Under the pieces are notes generated by a model. It worked only from the letters and a program-made list of their open reading frames with translations. It ran no database searches and was not told where the DNA came from. The position numbers and the translations under genes were made by a program. From an uncultured delta proteobacterium (GTDB lineage: Bacteria > Myxococcota_A > Polyangia > Haliangiales > Haliangiaceae), in the NCBI GenBank assembly GCA_963848295.1, contig CAWKDB010000010.1:1248001-1312000 (forward strand): a DNA stretch of 64,000 bases. Direction: 5' to 3'. Positions 50,304-63,100 of the stretch are shown piece by piece; positions within the stretch are counted from its first letter, which is position 1, and each line of letters starts with the position of its first letter.

Positions 50304-53078
50304 ATGAGCTCGCGCTTGATCTCGATCGCGCTGGTCGCCGCGTGCGGCAGCACCAAGCCGGTCGTCACCACACCGGCACCGAGCTCCGAGGCGCCACCAC
50401 CGGCGGTTGCCCGGACCGCGCCGAAACCTCTCGCGCTACCGACGAAGGTGCGCGAGGTCGAGGGCATCACCGAGTATCGCCTCGACAACGGCTTGCAGCT
50501 GCTCGTGCTCCCCGATCCGACGCAGTCGACCGTGACCGTCAACGTCACGTACCTCGTCGGCTCGCGGCTCGAGGGCTATGGCGAGACCGGGATGGCACAC
50601 CTGCTCGAGCACATGATGTTCAAGGGCTCGCCGAAGTATCGCAACGTGTTGAAGCTCATCGGCGATCGCGGCGGCATCGCGAACGGGTCGACGTCGTACG
50701 ACCGCACGAATTACTTCGAGACGTTGCCGGCGACGCAGGCCAACCTCGATTGGGCGCTCGAGCTCGAGGCCGATCGGATGGTCCACGCCGAGATCTCGCC
50801 GGAAGACCTCAAGACCGAGTTCTCGGTCGTGCGCAACGAGTTCGAGCAAAACGAGAATCAGCCGGCGGACATCCTCGACGAGCGCGTCGACGAGAGCGCG
50901 TTCCTCTGGCACAACTACGGCAAGCCGACGATCGGGTCGCGCGCGGATATCGAGCGCGTACCGGCGCCGGCGTTGCGCGCGTTCTACGAGAAGTTCTACC
51001 AACCCGACGACGCGGTGTTGATCGTCGCGGGCAAGGTCGACCCCGGCGCGGTGCTCGAAACCGTCGCGCGGACGTTCGGCGCGCTGGCCGAGCCGACCCG
51101 CGTTCTGCCGGCGACCTACACGATCGAGCCGGTGCAAGATGGCCCGCGCACGGTCGAGCTCCGCCGCACCGGCGATGACAAGATCGTCGAGCTCGCGTAC
51201 CACGTCGTCGCGGGCAGCGCTCCCGACTTCCCGGCGGTCGAGGCCGCGCTCGACATCCTGACTCGACAACCGACCGGCCGGCTGTACAAGAAGCTCGTCG
51301 AGCCGAAGCTCGCAGCGACGATCGACGCCACCGCGCCGCCGCTGCGCGATCCGTACCTCGCCGAGGTGATCGCCACCGTGCGCGACGCGAAGAACGTCGA
51401 CCAGGTCGAGCGAACGATGATCGCGGACGTCGAGGGCTTTGGTGCGACGAAGATCGACAAGCGCGAGCTCGAGCGCTGGCGCACCGCGACGCTCAAGGAG
51501 CTCGAGCTGTTGATGAACGATAGCTCGCAGCTCGCGATCGCGCTGTCCGATTACGCTGCCGAGGGCGACTGGCGCACGCTGTTCGCGTACCGCGATCAAG
51601 TCCAGAAGGTCACGGTCGCGGACGTCGCGCGCGTCGCCTCGAGCTACTTCAAGCCGTCGAACCGCACGGTCGGCCGGTTCATCCCGACCAAAGATCCGTC
51701 GCGCGCGCCGCTGACCGAGACGCCGAACGTCGCCGACATCGTCAAGGGCATCGCGTCCGGTGACGTCAAAGACCAGGGTGAGCGATTCGTCGCGTCACTC
51801 GAGAACATCGAGGCGCGCACGCAACGCGGCGCGCTCAAGTCGGGCGTGAAGACCGCGCTGCTCGCGAAGAAGACGCGAGGCGGCCGCGTCGAGCTCGTGC
51901 TCCAGTTGCACTGGGGTAGCGCCGCGGCGCTGCAGAACAAGGGCGCGATCGGCAGCCTGATGGCCGCACTGATGGCGCGCGGCACGACGAAGAAATCGTT
52001 TCAGCAGATCAGCGACCTCGAGGACAAGCTCGAGGCCGACATCTCGTTCGAGGGTGCAGTCGATGGCCTGACGGTTCACGTCGAGACCGAACGCGATCAG
52101 CTCGCCGGTGCGATCGCGCTCGTCGGTGAGATCCTGCGCTCGCCGGCGTTTGCGGACAAGGAGCTCGCCGTGCTGCGCGAGGAGCGGTTAGCCGAGCTCG
52201 AAGGCCAGCTGAAAGATCCGAACGCGATCGCCGGCATCGCGCTCGAACAGCTGGCCAACAAGTGGCCGAGCAGCGACCCGCGCTACGTCGCCATGCCGGC
52301 GGAGTCGATCGCCGACATCAAGCGCGTCACCGCCGGGGACATTCGCGAGCTCTATCGCGACTTCGTGTCGGGCGAGCACGGCGAGCTCGCGGTCGTCGGC
52401 GACTTCGTCCCCGCAGATGTCACCGCCGCGTTCGACGCGGTGCTGAGCGGGTGGAAGGCCAAGCAACCGTACATGCGACTCGCGAACAAGACCTGGGATG
52501 TGCCCGGTGCTCGGAAGTCGATCGACATCAAGGACAAGGCGGAGACCGCGGTCGCGTTCGGCGAACAGCTCGCGCTACGCGATACCAGCCCGGACTTCGC
52601 GCCTCTCGAGATGATGTCGCGCATCCTCGGCGGCGATGCCGGCTCGCGGATGTGGATGCGGCTGCGCGAGCACGAGGGCCTATCGTATGGCGTCGGCTGT
52701 CAGGTCGTGGCGAGCGCGTTGGACGACTTCGGCTGGTTCAGCGGGTTCGCGATCGTCGCGCCGCAGAATCTGTCGAAGGCGAAGACCTCGCTCCTCGACG
52801 AGATCCAGAAGATCGCGAACGGCGTCGACGACAAGGAGCTGCAGCGGGTCAAGGCGGCGTGGAGCAAGGAGCTCGACACCGACCTGTCCAGCGACGACGT
52901 GGTCACGACCCTGCTCGCGCATCAGGCGTTCCGCGGCCGGACGATGGGCTACGAGGAGCAGCTGCGCACGAAGATCAACGCGGTCACGACCGCCGACGTC
53001 CAGCGCGTGGCGAAGCAGTTCTTGGTGCCGGGCAAGCTGTTGCTGGTCGACGCCGGCGACGTCGCGAAGAGCAAGTAG
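50304..53078 (+). CDS. M16-family zinc peptidase (lipoprotein)
   Basis: VAAC lipobox; GMAHLLEHMMFKG (HxxEH); LREHEGLSYG. Confidence 0.95.
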   Translation: MSSRLISIALVAACGSTKPVVTTPAPSSEAPPPAVARTAPKPLALPTKVREVEGITEYRLDNGLQLLVLPDPTQSTVTVNVTYLVGSRLEGYGETGMAHLLEHMMFKGSPKYRNVLKLIGDRGGIANGSTSYDRTNYFETLPATQANLDWALELEADRMVHAEISPEDLKTEFSVVRNEFEQNENQPADILDERVDESAFLWHNYGKPTIGSRADIERVPAPALRAFYEKFYQPDDAVLIVAGKVDPGAVLETVARTFGALAEPTRVLPATYTIEPVQDGPRTVELRRTGDDKIVELAYHVVAGSAPDFPAVEAALDILTRQPTGRLYKKLVEPKLAATIDATAPPLRDPYLAEVIATVRDAKNVDQVERTMIADVEGFGATKIDKRELERWRTATLKELELLMNDSSQLAIALSDYAAEGDWRTLFAYRDQVQKVTVADVARVASSYFKPSNRTVGRFIPTKDPSRAPLTETPNVADIVKGIASGDVKDQGERFVASLENIEARTQRGALKSGVKTALLAKKTRGGRVELVLQLHWGSAAALQNKGAIGSLMAALMARGTTKKSFQQISDLEDKLEADISFEGAVDGLTVHVETERDQLAGAIALVGEILRSPAFADKELAVLREERLAELEGQLKDPNAIAGIALEQLANKWPSSDPRYVAMPAESIADIKRVTAGDIRELYRDFVSGEHGELAVVGDFVPADVTAAFDAVLSGWKAKQPYMRLANKTWDVPGARKSIDIKDKAETAVAFGEQLALRDTSPDFAPLEMMSRILGGDAGSRMWMRLREHEGLSYGVGCQVVASALDDFGWFSGFAIVAPQNLSKAKTSLLDEIQKIANGVDDKELQRVKAAWSKELDTDLSSDDVVTTLLAHQAFRGRTMGYEEQLRTKINAVTTADVQRVAKQFLVPGKLLLVDAGDVAKSK

Positions 53079-53081
53079 CAC

Positions 53082-54065
53082 CTACCAGGCGTAGGTCTTC
53101 CAGAACGTCCACTCGAGCTGCGTCGCGCTCGCGTAGCCCGGGCACGCGTAGATGCCGGCGCTCGCCGGACCGCCGGCCCAGCAGTGACCCATGCCGGTCA
53201 GCGTGCACAGCGCGACCTGTCCGTCGGCCGGACAGCCGTCGTAGTACGCGCAGCTGCCCATCGCGACCGGCATCGTCGTCGTCGTCGTGCCACAGCCGTT
53301 CTTCTGCGCCCACATCGTCGCCGACGCGGTGTAGCCCGCCGGCGTGTTACCGGCCGGATCGTCGCAACCCTCGGGCACGACCGGATCCGCGGTGCCGTGG
53401 AAGATGATGATCGGCTTGTGGCCGGTCGGACACGCCGACAGATCGTGTGTCCCGCCGGAGTGCGGAGCGACCGAGCGGATGTCGTCGCGCATACAGCCGG
53501 TGTGATGCGAGAAGTAGCCGCCCATCGAGAACCCGGTGACGAACTCGTGATCGGTGTCGAGGCACTGGTCCTGCCAGACGTCCGCCTTCATCGCATCGAG
53601 GAATGCGAAGTCGTCGCCGGTCGCATCGGGCGGCGCGCCGAGCGAGTCCGGGCACACATTCGCGCCGACGTTCCACGGTGCGCCGAGCGAATCGGGACCG
53701 CCCTGGCCGTCGGGGAACACGACCGCGATGTGCTCGCTGTCGGCGAGCTCGGAGTACTGCGTGATGTCGAACATCTCGGACCCTGACATCGTGTAGCCGT
53801 GGAACACCGCGACGAACGGGATCGGCGTCGCCGGATCGACCGACGGCGGCAAGTAGACCGTGTAGGTGCGGTCGAGGCCGGCCGCGGTCACGGTGCGCGC
53901 GGTCTTGCCGCGCATGCCGGAGCGCGTGCCGCACGGGCCGGTCAGCGGCGGTGCGTCGACGAGCGGCGGCGCGTCGCTTGCCTTCGCGGGCGCGTCGTCG
54001 CCGACCCCGCCGCCGTGCGAGCCGCAGGCTGCAAGCGCGAGCGCGAACGCGAGGCGGCGCACCAT
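53082..54065 (-). CDS. PHB-depolymerase/LpqC-family esterase lipoprotein
   Basis: VFHGY, VFPDG, GFSMGG, FHGTADPVV, GHCWAG. Confidence 0.88.
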   Translation of the reverse strand: MVRRLAFALALAACGSHGGGVGDDAPAKASDAPPLVDAPPLTGPCGTRSGMRGKTARTVTAAGLDRTYTVYLPPSVDPATPIPFVAVFHGYTMSGSEMFDITQYSELADSEHIAVVFPDGQGGPDSLGAPWNVGANVCPDSLGAPPDATGDDFAFLDAMKADVWQDQCLDTDHEFVTGFSMGGYFSHHTGCMRDDIRSVAPHSGGTHDLSACPTGHKPIIIFHGTADPVVPEGCDDPAGNTPAGYTASATMWAQKNGCGTTTTTMPVAMGSCAYYDGCPADGQVALCTLTGMGHCWAGGPASAGIYACPGYASATQLEWTFWKTYAW

Positions 54066-54113
54066 CGCGCCGAGTCTAGCCCGACCGGTCCACCGACAGG
54101 GCGAAAACGTCCG

Positions 54114-55076
54114 TTAGCGCTCGTGAAACACCGCGTCGACGATCGCCTCGAGCTCGGGGTTCGCGTCGAGCCAGGTGCGATCCGCGACGAGCCGAGCGGC
54201 GAGCGCCGCGCGATCGTCGAACCGCTCCGCGCGCGTGAACGCATCGAACAGGAGGACCGCCGCGTGCGCCGCGAGCTCGGTCTCGGGTTGGTCGGCGATG
54301 ACCGAGCGCAGGTTCGCGATCGAGTTGTCGACGTCATGAAACCGCAGCTCGAGCGCCGCCTCGAGGTACGTCATGCCGACGAGCTCGGGCGACGACTTGC
54401 CGTGCAACGTGGCGGCATAGGTGTGAAACGCGGCGATCAAGTCCGCGGCATGCTCGGGCAACGGCAACGCGACCGCGTAGCGCAGCCCCGAGTCGTCGTC
54501 GCGAGCGTCGTGCTCCGGGTCGGCCTCCCAGATCGCTTTGCGCGCGAGGACCGCGGCGTAGGCGGCCTCGGTGAGGTCGGCCGGCGACACCTTGCCGCGA
54601 GCGACGACCGAGTCGAACACGATCGCAGCGCTGCGATAGCTCGTGACCGCCGCGTCGCCCTGCTCGGCTTCGGCGCGCGCGTACCACAGGTCGGCGAGGT
54701 AGAGCTCGTCGCGGGCTGCGGTCGGCGCATCGGGCTGCGCCATCAGCTCGAGTCGATAGCCGTCGTCGGCGGCGGTGAAGTCGCTAGCGTCCTTCGCGGC
54801 GGCCCAGGCTGCGTGCTTATGCCGTGCGAGGTCGCTCGCGAACACCGCGACCGCGTCGCGGCACTTGTCGTCGGAGGCGAGCCCGCGCACGAGCTCGCGC
54901 GCGCGGTCATCGGTCGCGCTCTTGACGATTGCGGTGCGGCGCTCGCCGGCCAGGCTCGCCAGCTCGGCGGTGCCGTGCTCGCAGCGCTGCGGATCGCGAG
55001 CGGACTCACTCGCCACCGGCGCCGGGCGAGCGCCGCCGCAAGCCGTGAGTGCAACGACGATCGCGATCGCTCTCAC
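54114..55076 (-). CDS. Hypothetical helical (TPR-like) lipoprotein
   Basis: LTAC lipobox; Ala-rich helical repeats. Confidence 0.65.
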   Translation of the reverse strand: MRAIAIVVALTACGGARPAPVASESARDPQRCEHGTAELASLAGERRTAIVKSATDDRARELVRGLASDDKCRDAVAVFASDLARHKHAAWAAAKDASDFTAADDGYRLELMAQPDAPTAARDELYLADLWYARAEAEQGDAAVTSYRSAAIVFDSVVARGKVSPADLTEAAYAAVLARKAIWEADPEHDARDDDSGLRYAVALPLPEHAADLIAAFHTYAATLHGKSSPELVGMTYLEAALELRFHDVDNSIANLRSVIADQPETELAAHAAVLLFDAFTRAERFDDRAALAARLVADRTWLDANPELEAIVDAVFHER

Positions 55077-55133
55077 GCTGTCGAGCCTCGCAGCTTTCGC
55101 GCGCCGCGCATCCGCTCGCCGAATAAGAACGTG

Positions 55134-55850
55134 TTAAACAACGGTCGCGCGCGGGACATCGGGGCGCAGCCTCCGGATCACGCGATGGCCGTCGCGCTCG
55201 AATCGCGAGCCGAGCAAGCTGCGGACGTCCGCGAGCAACAGCTCGTCCGGCGGTTGCGCGAGCCGCCAGCGCATCGCCAGGTCGTGCTCGCGCTCGAGCC
55301 GTTCGCGCATCGCCTCGGGCGTCGTGATCGCGACGAGCTCGGCGTCGCCACAGAACGCGCGATGGCGCTGGATCGCTCGAGAGGTCGGGGTGAGCGCGTC
55401 GAGGCTCTGGCGATGCCAGCTCGGCGGCTCGGCAAACCCGGGGCCGGCGCGCAGCGTCTGGAACACGGCGTCGCTCGTGTACGACACGAGTAAGACCCGC
55501 GCCGGCGCTCGATACCGCGCGGAGCCGAACACGAACGCGAGCATCGTGCCCACCGGGTCGACGTAGATCCGCACGACATTCCACGCCGAGCCGCCTTCGG
55601 GCACGCCGACGAGATCGACGAGCAGGGTGAAGCCGTTGGCGACCAGCACGTCGCACGCCGGTGCAGCGCGCACGGGTCGGACGACATCGTCGTCGCTCGG
55701 CCACGCGACGCGGTAGCGCATCGGCCGCTCGAGGATGTCGCGCGACCGCCGCACGCTGTCGATCGAGATCCGAATCGCGCGCGCTCGCGCGTGGGCGCGG
55801 ACCGCGATGAACGCGCCCGCGACCGACAGCATGATGACGCCGGCGACCAC
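55134..55850 (-). CDS. Hypothetical membrane-anchored protein
   Basis: N-terminal TM segment; follows the pckA stop; start uncertain. Confidence 0.55.
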   Translation of the reverse strand: MVAGVIMLSVAGAFIAVRAHARARAIRISIDSVRRSRDILERPMRYRVAWPSDDDVVRPVRAAPACDVLVANGFTLLVDLVGVPEGGSAWNVVRIYVDPVGTMLAFVFGSARYRAPARVLLVSYTSDAVFQTLRAGPGFAEPPSWHRQSLDALTPTSRAIQRHRAFCGDAELVAITTPEAMRERLEREHDLAMRWRLAQPPDELLLADVRSLLGSRFERDGHRVIRRLRPDVPRATVV

Positions 55851-55866
55851 GCGCGAGCTCCAGGAT

Positions 55867-57447
<1,581 letters not shown>

Positions 57448-57531
57448 GGCGCCAGGTATACACCAAGCCCTCCGGCCGCTCGCGGGCGAGTTTCGGCACG
57501 ATGCCGCCGCCGGCGCCAACAAGACGGAAAT

Positions 57532-58011
57532 TCAGCCGACCCAACGGATGGCGAGCGAGCGCAGCTCGTCGGCCGTTCCGGGCGCGACGACCGCGTCGAT
57601 CCCGAGCATCGTCTTGAGTCGCTCGGGCACCATGCCGCGCGCGATGGCGATCACGCCACCACGGTAGCCACCCCACCTCGCCGACGTCAACGCGCTTTGC
57701 TCCGCGCTGCCGAGAGCATCGAGCTCCGCGATCACGAGCGAGACGCTCGGCCGCGCCCCGGGCATCAAGCTCGCTCCGATGTGCCGGGTCGACAGCGCGC
57801 GCAGCGGCTCGATCCCGGCGGCGCGCAGCTCGCTCGCGGCCCAGGCTGCGACATCTGGCCGCGGGGTCCACAGCAGCGCCTTCTTCGCCGCCGACGCGAG
57901 CACTGACAAGCCGGGCGAATACCCGGCGCGATGCTCCGCCGAAGGCGGAGCGGAGTTCGTCGACAGGTGGCCGCGTGGGTCGAGCATCTTGAGCAGGCGC
58001 TGCGACGGCAT
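57532..58011 (-). CDS. Hypothetical protein, degenerate receiver-like fold
   Basis: Alternating beta/alpha pattern (ALLW..SLVIAELD..VIAI); start uncertain. Confidence 0.45.
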   Translation of the reverse strand: MPSQRLLKMLDPRGHLSTNSAPPSAEHRAGYSPGLSVLASAAKKALLWTPRPDVAAWAASELRAAGIEPLRALSTRHIGASLMPGARPSVSLVIAELDALGSAEQSALTSARWGGYRGGVIAIARGMVPERLKTMLGIDAVVAPGTADELRSLAIRWVG

Positions 58012-58083
58012 GATCACCGGTTCGACCGGGCTCGGAGCGAATCCACCCCTAGATTTCGCACGGTAACGGCCGATACCTGGACC

Positions 58084-59268
58084 ATGGCGAACGAGGTCGT
58101 GCTCGGCATCGACTTCGGTACGAGTTACACGTCGGCAGGCGCGCTCGTCGCCGATCGCGTCGAGCTCGTGCAAGACAGCGGCGATACGGTCGTGCCGTCG
58201 GTGGTCTACGTGCCTCCGCGCGGCGGGATGGAGGTCGGTCGGCTCGCGTCGATGCGCCAGATGACCGATCCGGCCGGCGTCGTGCGCTCGATCAAGCGCT
58301 TGCTCGGAGTCGCGGCCGGATCTCCCGAGGCCAAGCGCTACGCCGTGAGTGCGCCGTTTCGGATCGATAGCGCAGGTGAGCGCATCGCGTTGGCGTTGCG
58401 CAGTGGCCCGTGCGCGCCCGAACAGATCGCCGGGGCGATCCTCACGCACATCCGCGGGCTCGCGGAGCGGCGGTTCGGTGGTCGCGTGACGAAGGCCGTG
58501 ATCACGATGTGCGCGTGCCCGCCGATCGGCTATCGCGATGCGATCACGCGCGCCGCGAAGATCGCCGGGCTCGAGGTGCTCGAGGTCGTGGCCGAGCCGG
58601 TCGCCGGTGCGCTCGCGCTCGGGCTGCACGGTGAAGCGACCGAGCGCAAGCTGCTGGTCTGCGACTTCGGCGGCGGCACGTTCGACGTCTCCGCGGTCGT
58701 GCAATCCGGCCTGAAGTTCACTGCGGTCGCGACGTTCGGCGACCCGTACCTCGGCGGCGACGATCTGGATGCGGCGCTCGCCGAGGGCGTCGCCGGCATG
58801 GTCGTGCGCGCGACCGGCTACGACATGCACAAGGACGCCGTGCGCTGGGGTGAGCTCGCGATGCGGTGCGAAGCCGCAAAGCGCCAGCTATCGACCGCAC
58901 ACGCCGCGCCGCTGACGATGCGCGACGCGTGCCTCCACGCCGGCGCGGCGCGCGATGTCGAAGTCATCCTCGATCGCGCATGGGCCGAGGCCCAATGGGA
59001 AGAGTTGTTCGATCGTGCGCGCAGCGTGATCGACGAGACGCTGCGGCGCGCGACCTGGTCCGCTGCCGAGGTCGATCGCGTCGCGCTGATCGGCGGCTCG
59101 TCGCTCGTCCCGCGGTTCCGCAAGATACTCGGCGAGATGGTCGCGCCCGATCGCGTGATCGCGGCGCGCGATGCCGAGGTCGCGGTCGCGGTCGGCGCGA
59201 CGCTGTTGACCGCGCGGTTCGCCTCCGAGCGCCGGCCGGTACCGGTGCCCGAGCTCGTCATGGCCTAG
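58084..59268 (+). CDS. Hsp70-family protein, nucleotide-binding domain only
   Basis: GIDFGTS, EPVAGALA, DFGGGTFDVS, LGGDDLD, IGGSS; 394 aa. Confidence 0.88.
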   Translation: MANEVVLGIDFGTSYTSAGALVADRVELVQDSGDTVVPSVVYVPPRGGMEVGRLASMRQMTDPAGVVRSIKRLLGVAAGSPEAKRYAVSAPFRIDSAGERIALALRSGPCAPEQIAGAILTHIRGLAERRFGGRVTKAVITMCACPPIGYRDAITRAAKIAGLEVLEVVAEPVAGALALGLHGEATERKLLVCDFGGGTFDVSAVVQSGLKFTAVATFGDPYLGGDDLDAALAEGVAGMVVRATGYDMHKDAVRWGELAMRCEAAKRQLSTAHAAPLTMRDACLHAGAARDVEVILDRAWAEAQWEELFDRARSVIDETLRRATWSAAEVDRVALIGGSSLVPRFRKILGEMVAPDRVIAARDAEVAVAVGATLLTARFASERRPVPVPELVMA

Positions 59269-59273
59269 GTCTT

Positions 59274-60125
59274 TCATGGCGCAGTCCGAGACCCGAGTGC
59301 GAAGTTGGTCAGCCCTGCACGCTGCCCGCGGCCCAAGACCCCGACGACATCGCCGACGCGTGCCTTCGGGTCAACGCTCGCGACGAGCTCGGTGTGGAGA
59401 TCGCGCGCCGCGGCGGCGCGCAACAGGGCGTCGAGCTCGGTGTCGGCGACCACCTTGCCCCCCACGACGACCTCGCCCTTTGGCCCGATGTCGATCACGA
59501 GGTTCGGCGCCGTCGACGCTCCGCTCGTCGCCCGGGCGCGCGCGAGCCGGATCAGGTGCGCGGCATCGGTACCGAACGCCAAGCGTGCGAGTCCCACGTT
59601 CTTGCCTGCTTCGAGCAGCGCGACGAGGCTCTGAACCGGCACCGCCGGATCGGCGACGATCGAGAGCTCCGTCTCGGGATCGCGCATCGCCGTTGCTCTC
59701 AAGCGAAGCTCGAGATCGGCATCCCCTGTGGTCTGCGCAGGCGCGCCGCGGTCGCTCGCGGTCACGCCGCCGGTGGCCGAGAGCGTCAGCACGAGCTCGG
59801 ACGCCTCCTGCGCGACCGGACGCCGGGGCGGGTAGGTCCTGTCCATCCAGTCGAGCGTCGGGCACGACTTCACCCCGATCCGATCGACGATCGAATGAAG
59901 TGACCGGAGCAGGTGCGACGGGTCATCACCGGGCCCGGTGTGCGCGAACGCGTCGCGCAACTCCGTCGATTGGATCCGAGTCGCGATGTATTGGGAGAGG
60001 TCGCTGATTCGTTCCGGCCGACCGTTGGCCTCCCACGCCCCGCAGAACATCGCGACGTCATCGGCCAGCAGCGCATCGCGGCCCGAACAGGCCGCGACGG
60101 CGATCACGAGCCAGGCGAGCTTCAT
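59274..60125 (-). CDS. Lipoprotein with two ExbD/TolR-like domains
   Basis: VAAC lipobox; IVADPAVPVQSLVALLEAGKNVGL and SVDPKARVGDVVGVLGRGQRAGL. Confidence 0.7.
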   Translation of the reverse strand: MKLAWLVIAVAACSGRDALLADDVAMFCGAWEANGRPERISDLSQYIATRIQSTELRDAFAHTGPGDDPSHLLRSLHSIVDRIGVKSCPTLDWMDRTYPPRRPVAQEASELVLTLSATGGVTASDRGAPAQTTGDADLELRLRATAMRDPETELSIVADPAVPVQSLVALLEAGKNVGLARLAFGTDAAHLIRLARARATSGASTAPNLVIDIGPKGEVVVGGKVVADTELDALLRAAAARDLHTELVASVDPKARVGDVVGVLGRGQRAGLTNFALGSRTAP

Positions 60126-60148
60126 CGCGCTGATGCTGACACGGATCG

Positions 60149-63100
60149 TTACGGCGTGTTCGCGGTGCCCGGGGTCGGCACGGTACAGAAGATCCAGTCC
60201 GCGTTCGCGTTGTCGGTATCCTGGCCGTTCGGCTGGCGACACAACGAGCCGGTCACGGTGTTCGAGTCGGCGACGCTGGTCGCGAGCGCGGTGCCCTCGA
60301 CGAGCGACACCGGGGTCGCGAAGCCGGTGAGCTGCGCCATCGTGATCGACCCCTCGTACGACAGCGCATCGATCACGGTCGGTCCCGACGTGTCGACGAG
60401 CGCGATGCCGTCCGGCGAGCCGTTCTGGACCTCGTTCGAGGTCCAACCCGGATCGTACTTCACCGCGGGGGCCATCACGTTGACCATCGAGCCCGCGACC
60501 ACGAGGTAGCCGTGGCTCGGGATCGAACCGACCGACGACAGATCGACCGTCGAGTACACCGTGCTGTCGGCGCCGTTGACGAGCATGATCACCGTCGTCG
60601 CGAGGCTCTTCGTCGTCGCGGACGGGTTGTAGATCTCGATGAACTCCGCGGTGTCGGTCCCGATCTGATCGTAGTCGACCTCGTTGATCACGAGATGATC
60701 GGCGCCCGTCGAGACCGTGACGGTCGCGGTGCCCGACGTCAGCCCCGCGCTGCTCGCGGTGATCGTCGCGCTGCCGCTCGCCGCGGTGTCGGTGTAGGTG
60801 AACGTGCCCGAGATCTGGTTCGCGGCGATCAGCACCGACGTCGGCGTGAACGTGCCCGAGGCCGGTGCCACGCCGAGCGCGATCGTCGTCGCGACGGCGG
60901 CGGGAACGTCGAGCGAGACGACGAACGGCACCGTGCCGCCGACCGCCACCGCGGTGTCGCTCGGGGTCAACGTGATCGCGGTCGGCAGTTGCGCCGCGCC
61001 GAGCACTTGCACCGTCGCGGTTTGCATCCCGCCGCCGGTCGCGAGCTGCGCGGTGATCGTGACGGCGGCCGACTGGGCGACCGCGGTCACCGGCACGGGC
61101 GCGCTCGTCGCGCCATCCGGGATCGTGACGTTCGCGACGGTGAGCTTCGTGCCGTCGCTCGACATCAAGTTGACGACCGTCGCGCCCTGCGCCGGACCCG
61201 TGAGGTTAACGGTCAGCGGGGTCGGATACGTCGGCAGGTCGATCGTCATCCCGACCTTCGCGAAGCTGACCGCGGGCGTCATCGCGGCGAGCCCGGGCGC
61301 GCCGAGCACGAGATCCGCGGCGTTGCGCGGCTCGATCTTCGATTGCGACGAGCGCTCGGCGAGGATGCCGGTCACCGTGGCGTAGTTCTGGCCGACCGTC
61401 GGGTTCGCGGCGTACAGCAGATCGTTCATCAGGATCGTCGTCGCCGACCCCGCATCGGTCAACGTCGCGTCACCGGTCGCGGCGTTGAACGCGGTGACCG
61501 TCGAGCCACCGAGCGAGACGATGACGCCTTCGAGCGCCGCCGCGCGCGTGCCCCCGGTCGTGGCGTCGGTGTAGCTCACCGCGACCGGATCCGGCGCGGC
61601 TTCGGGACCGACCGCATCGACCGTCACGGCCGTCACCGCGTCGAGCTCGGTCTCGCCGCCGAACACGTCGACCGAGCCGGCGATGTCGACGCGCGCGCCG
61701 ATCGTGGCGTTCGCGAGCGTCGGCGCCCCGGTGCCGCAGTAGACGAAGATGCCGGAGTTGTCCGACCCGGTGTAGCCGGTGTCGCCGGCCTTGACCTGCG
61801 CGAAGAAACCGTTCGTGCCCACGCCGGTCACGATCGCGTTCTGCACGACTACGACGGTGCCGACCGAGACCATCGCGCTCTTGATCGCGTAGATCGTCTC
61901 CGGGCAACCCTGGTTGCCGGGATTCGCGACCGTGGGACACGCATCGCACGCATCGCCCTTGCCATCGCCATCGGTGTCGGTCTGGTCGGGGTTCGCGACG
62001 TCGGGGCAGTTGTCGACCGAGTTCGCGATGCCGTCATGATCGCGGTCGTTCGGGTCGACCGGCGTGCACGACGTGGTGTTCGCGTCGAGCGGGCACGGAT
62101 CGCACGCATCGCCCACGCCATCGCCGTCGGCGTCGCCTTGCACCCCGTTATCCATCGGCCGGATCGGGTTGAACACGCTCGGACAGTTGTCGGTCGCGTC
62201 GGGTACGCCGTCGCCGTCGCTGTCGGTCGCACTCGTCGTGCCGTCGTAGACCGACGAGCCGTTGACCGCCGTCGGCCGCTTCGGGGTGCACGACGGCTCG
62301 TTCGCCGGCGTCGCATCGCACGAGAACGTCGGATAGATCGATGCACCGACCGACGTGGTCAACGCCGCCAGGTTCTTGCCGACTTCGCTCGTCAAGCACA
62401 CCTGCTTCGAGGTGCCGCATACGTCGAGCGTGTCGCAGCCGGTCGACAACGTGCCGAGCAGATTCGCATCGCCGTACAGCGCCTTGCCGCCGCGCAGGAC
62501 GAGCACGACGTCGGCCGGCTGTGCTTCGATCACCGCGCGGTACGGCGCCTTGCCGTGCGCCGCGAAGATCGTGATATCGGCGGTCTTGCCCTTCGCGAGC
62601 AGGCCGATCGTGTCGTCCATCTTCGTGATCGCGGCCGCGTTCGCGGTCACCATCTGCCACAGCTGCTCGTCGCTGAAGTACGAGCCGAGGCGCGTCTGGT
62701 TGAAGCTGTCGGCACACGTCAGCTCGCGCAGCAGGTTCATCGAGCCCGACGGCATCCAGTCGGTGCCGAGCGCGATGTTGATGCCGAGCCTCGCGGCGAC
62801 CGTGACGCGCGCGGTGTCACCGTACAACGTGAGGTTCGAGCGCGGCGACCAGATCAGGCCGGTGCCGGCCGCGGCCATCGCGCCGTAGTCGGCCGGGTTG
62901 AGCCCGACGCCGTGGATGATCGCGGTCTTCGACAGCACCAGGTCATCGGACACGCCGGGTGCGGTCGAGTCGTACGTCGTCGAGCTCTCGCACAAGAACT
63001 CGTTGTGCGCGGTGGTATCGACGCCTTCCGCGGTGTGCGGCTCGTACGCGTCGACATCGGCGAGCGATGCGGCGGTCGTCGGCGTTCCGCCGTAGTTGCA

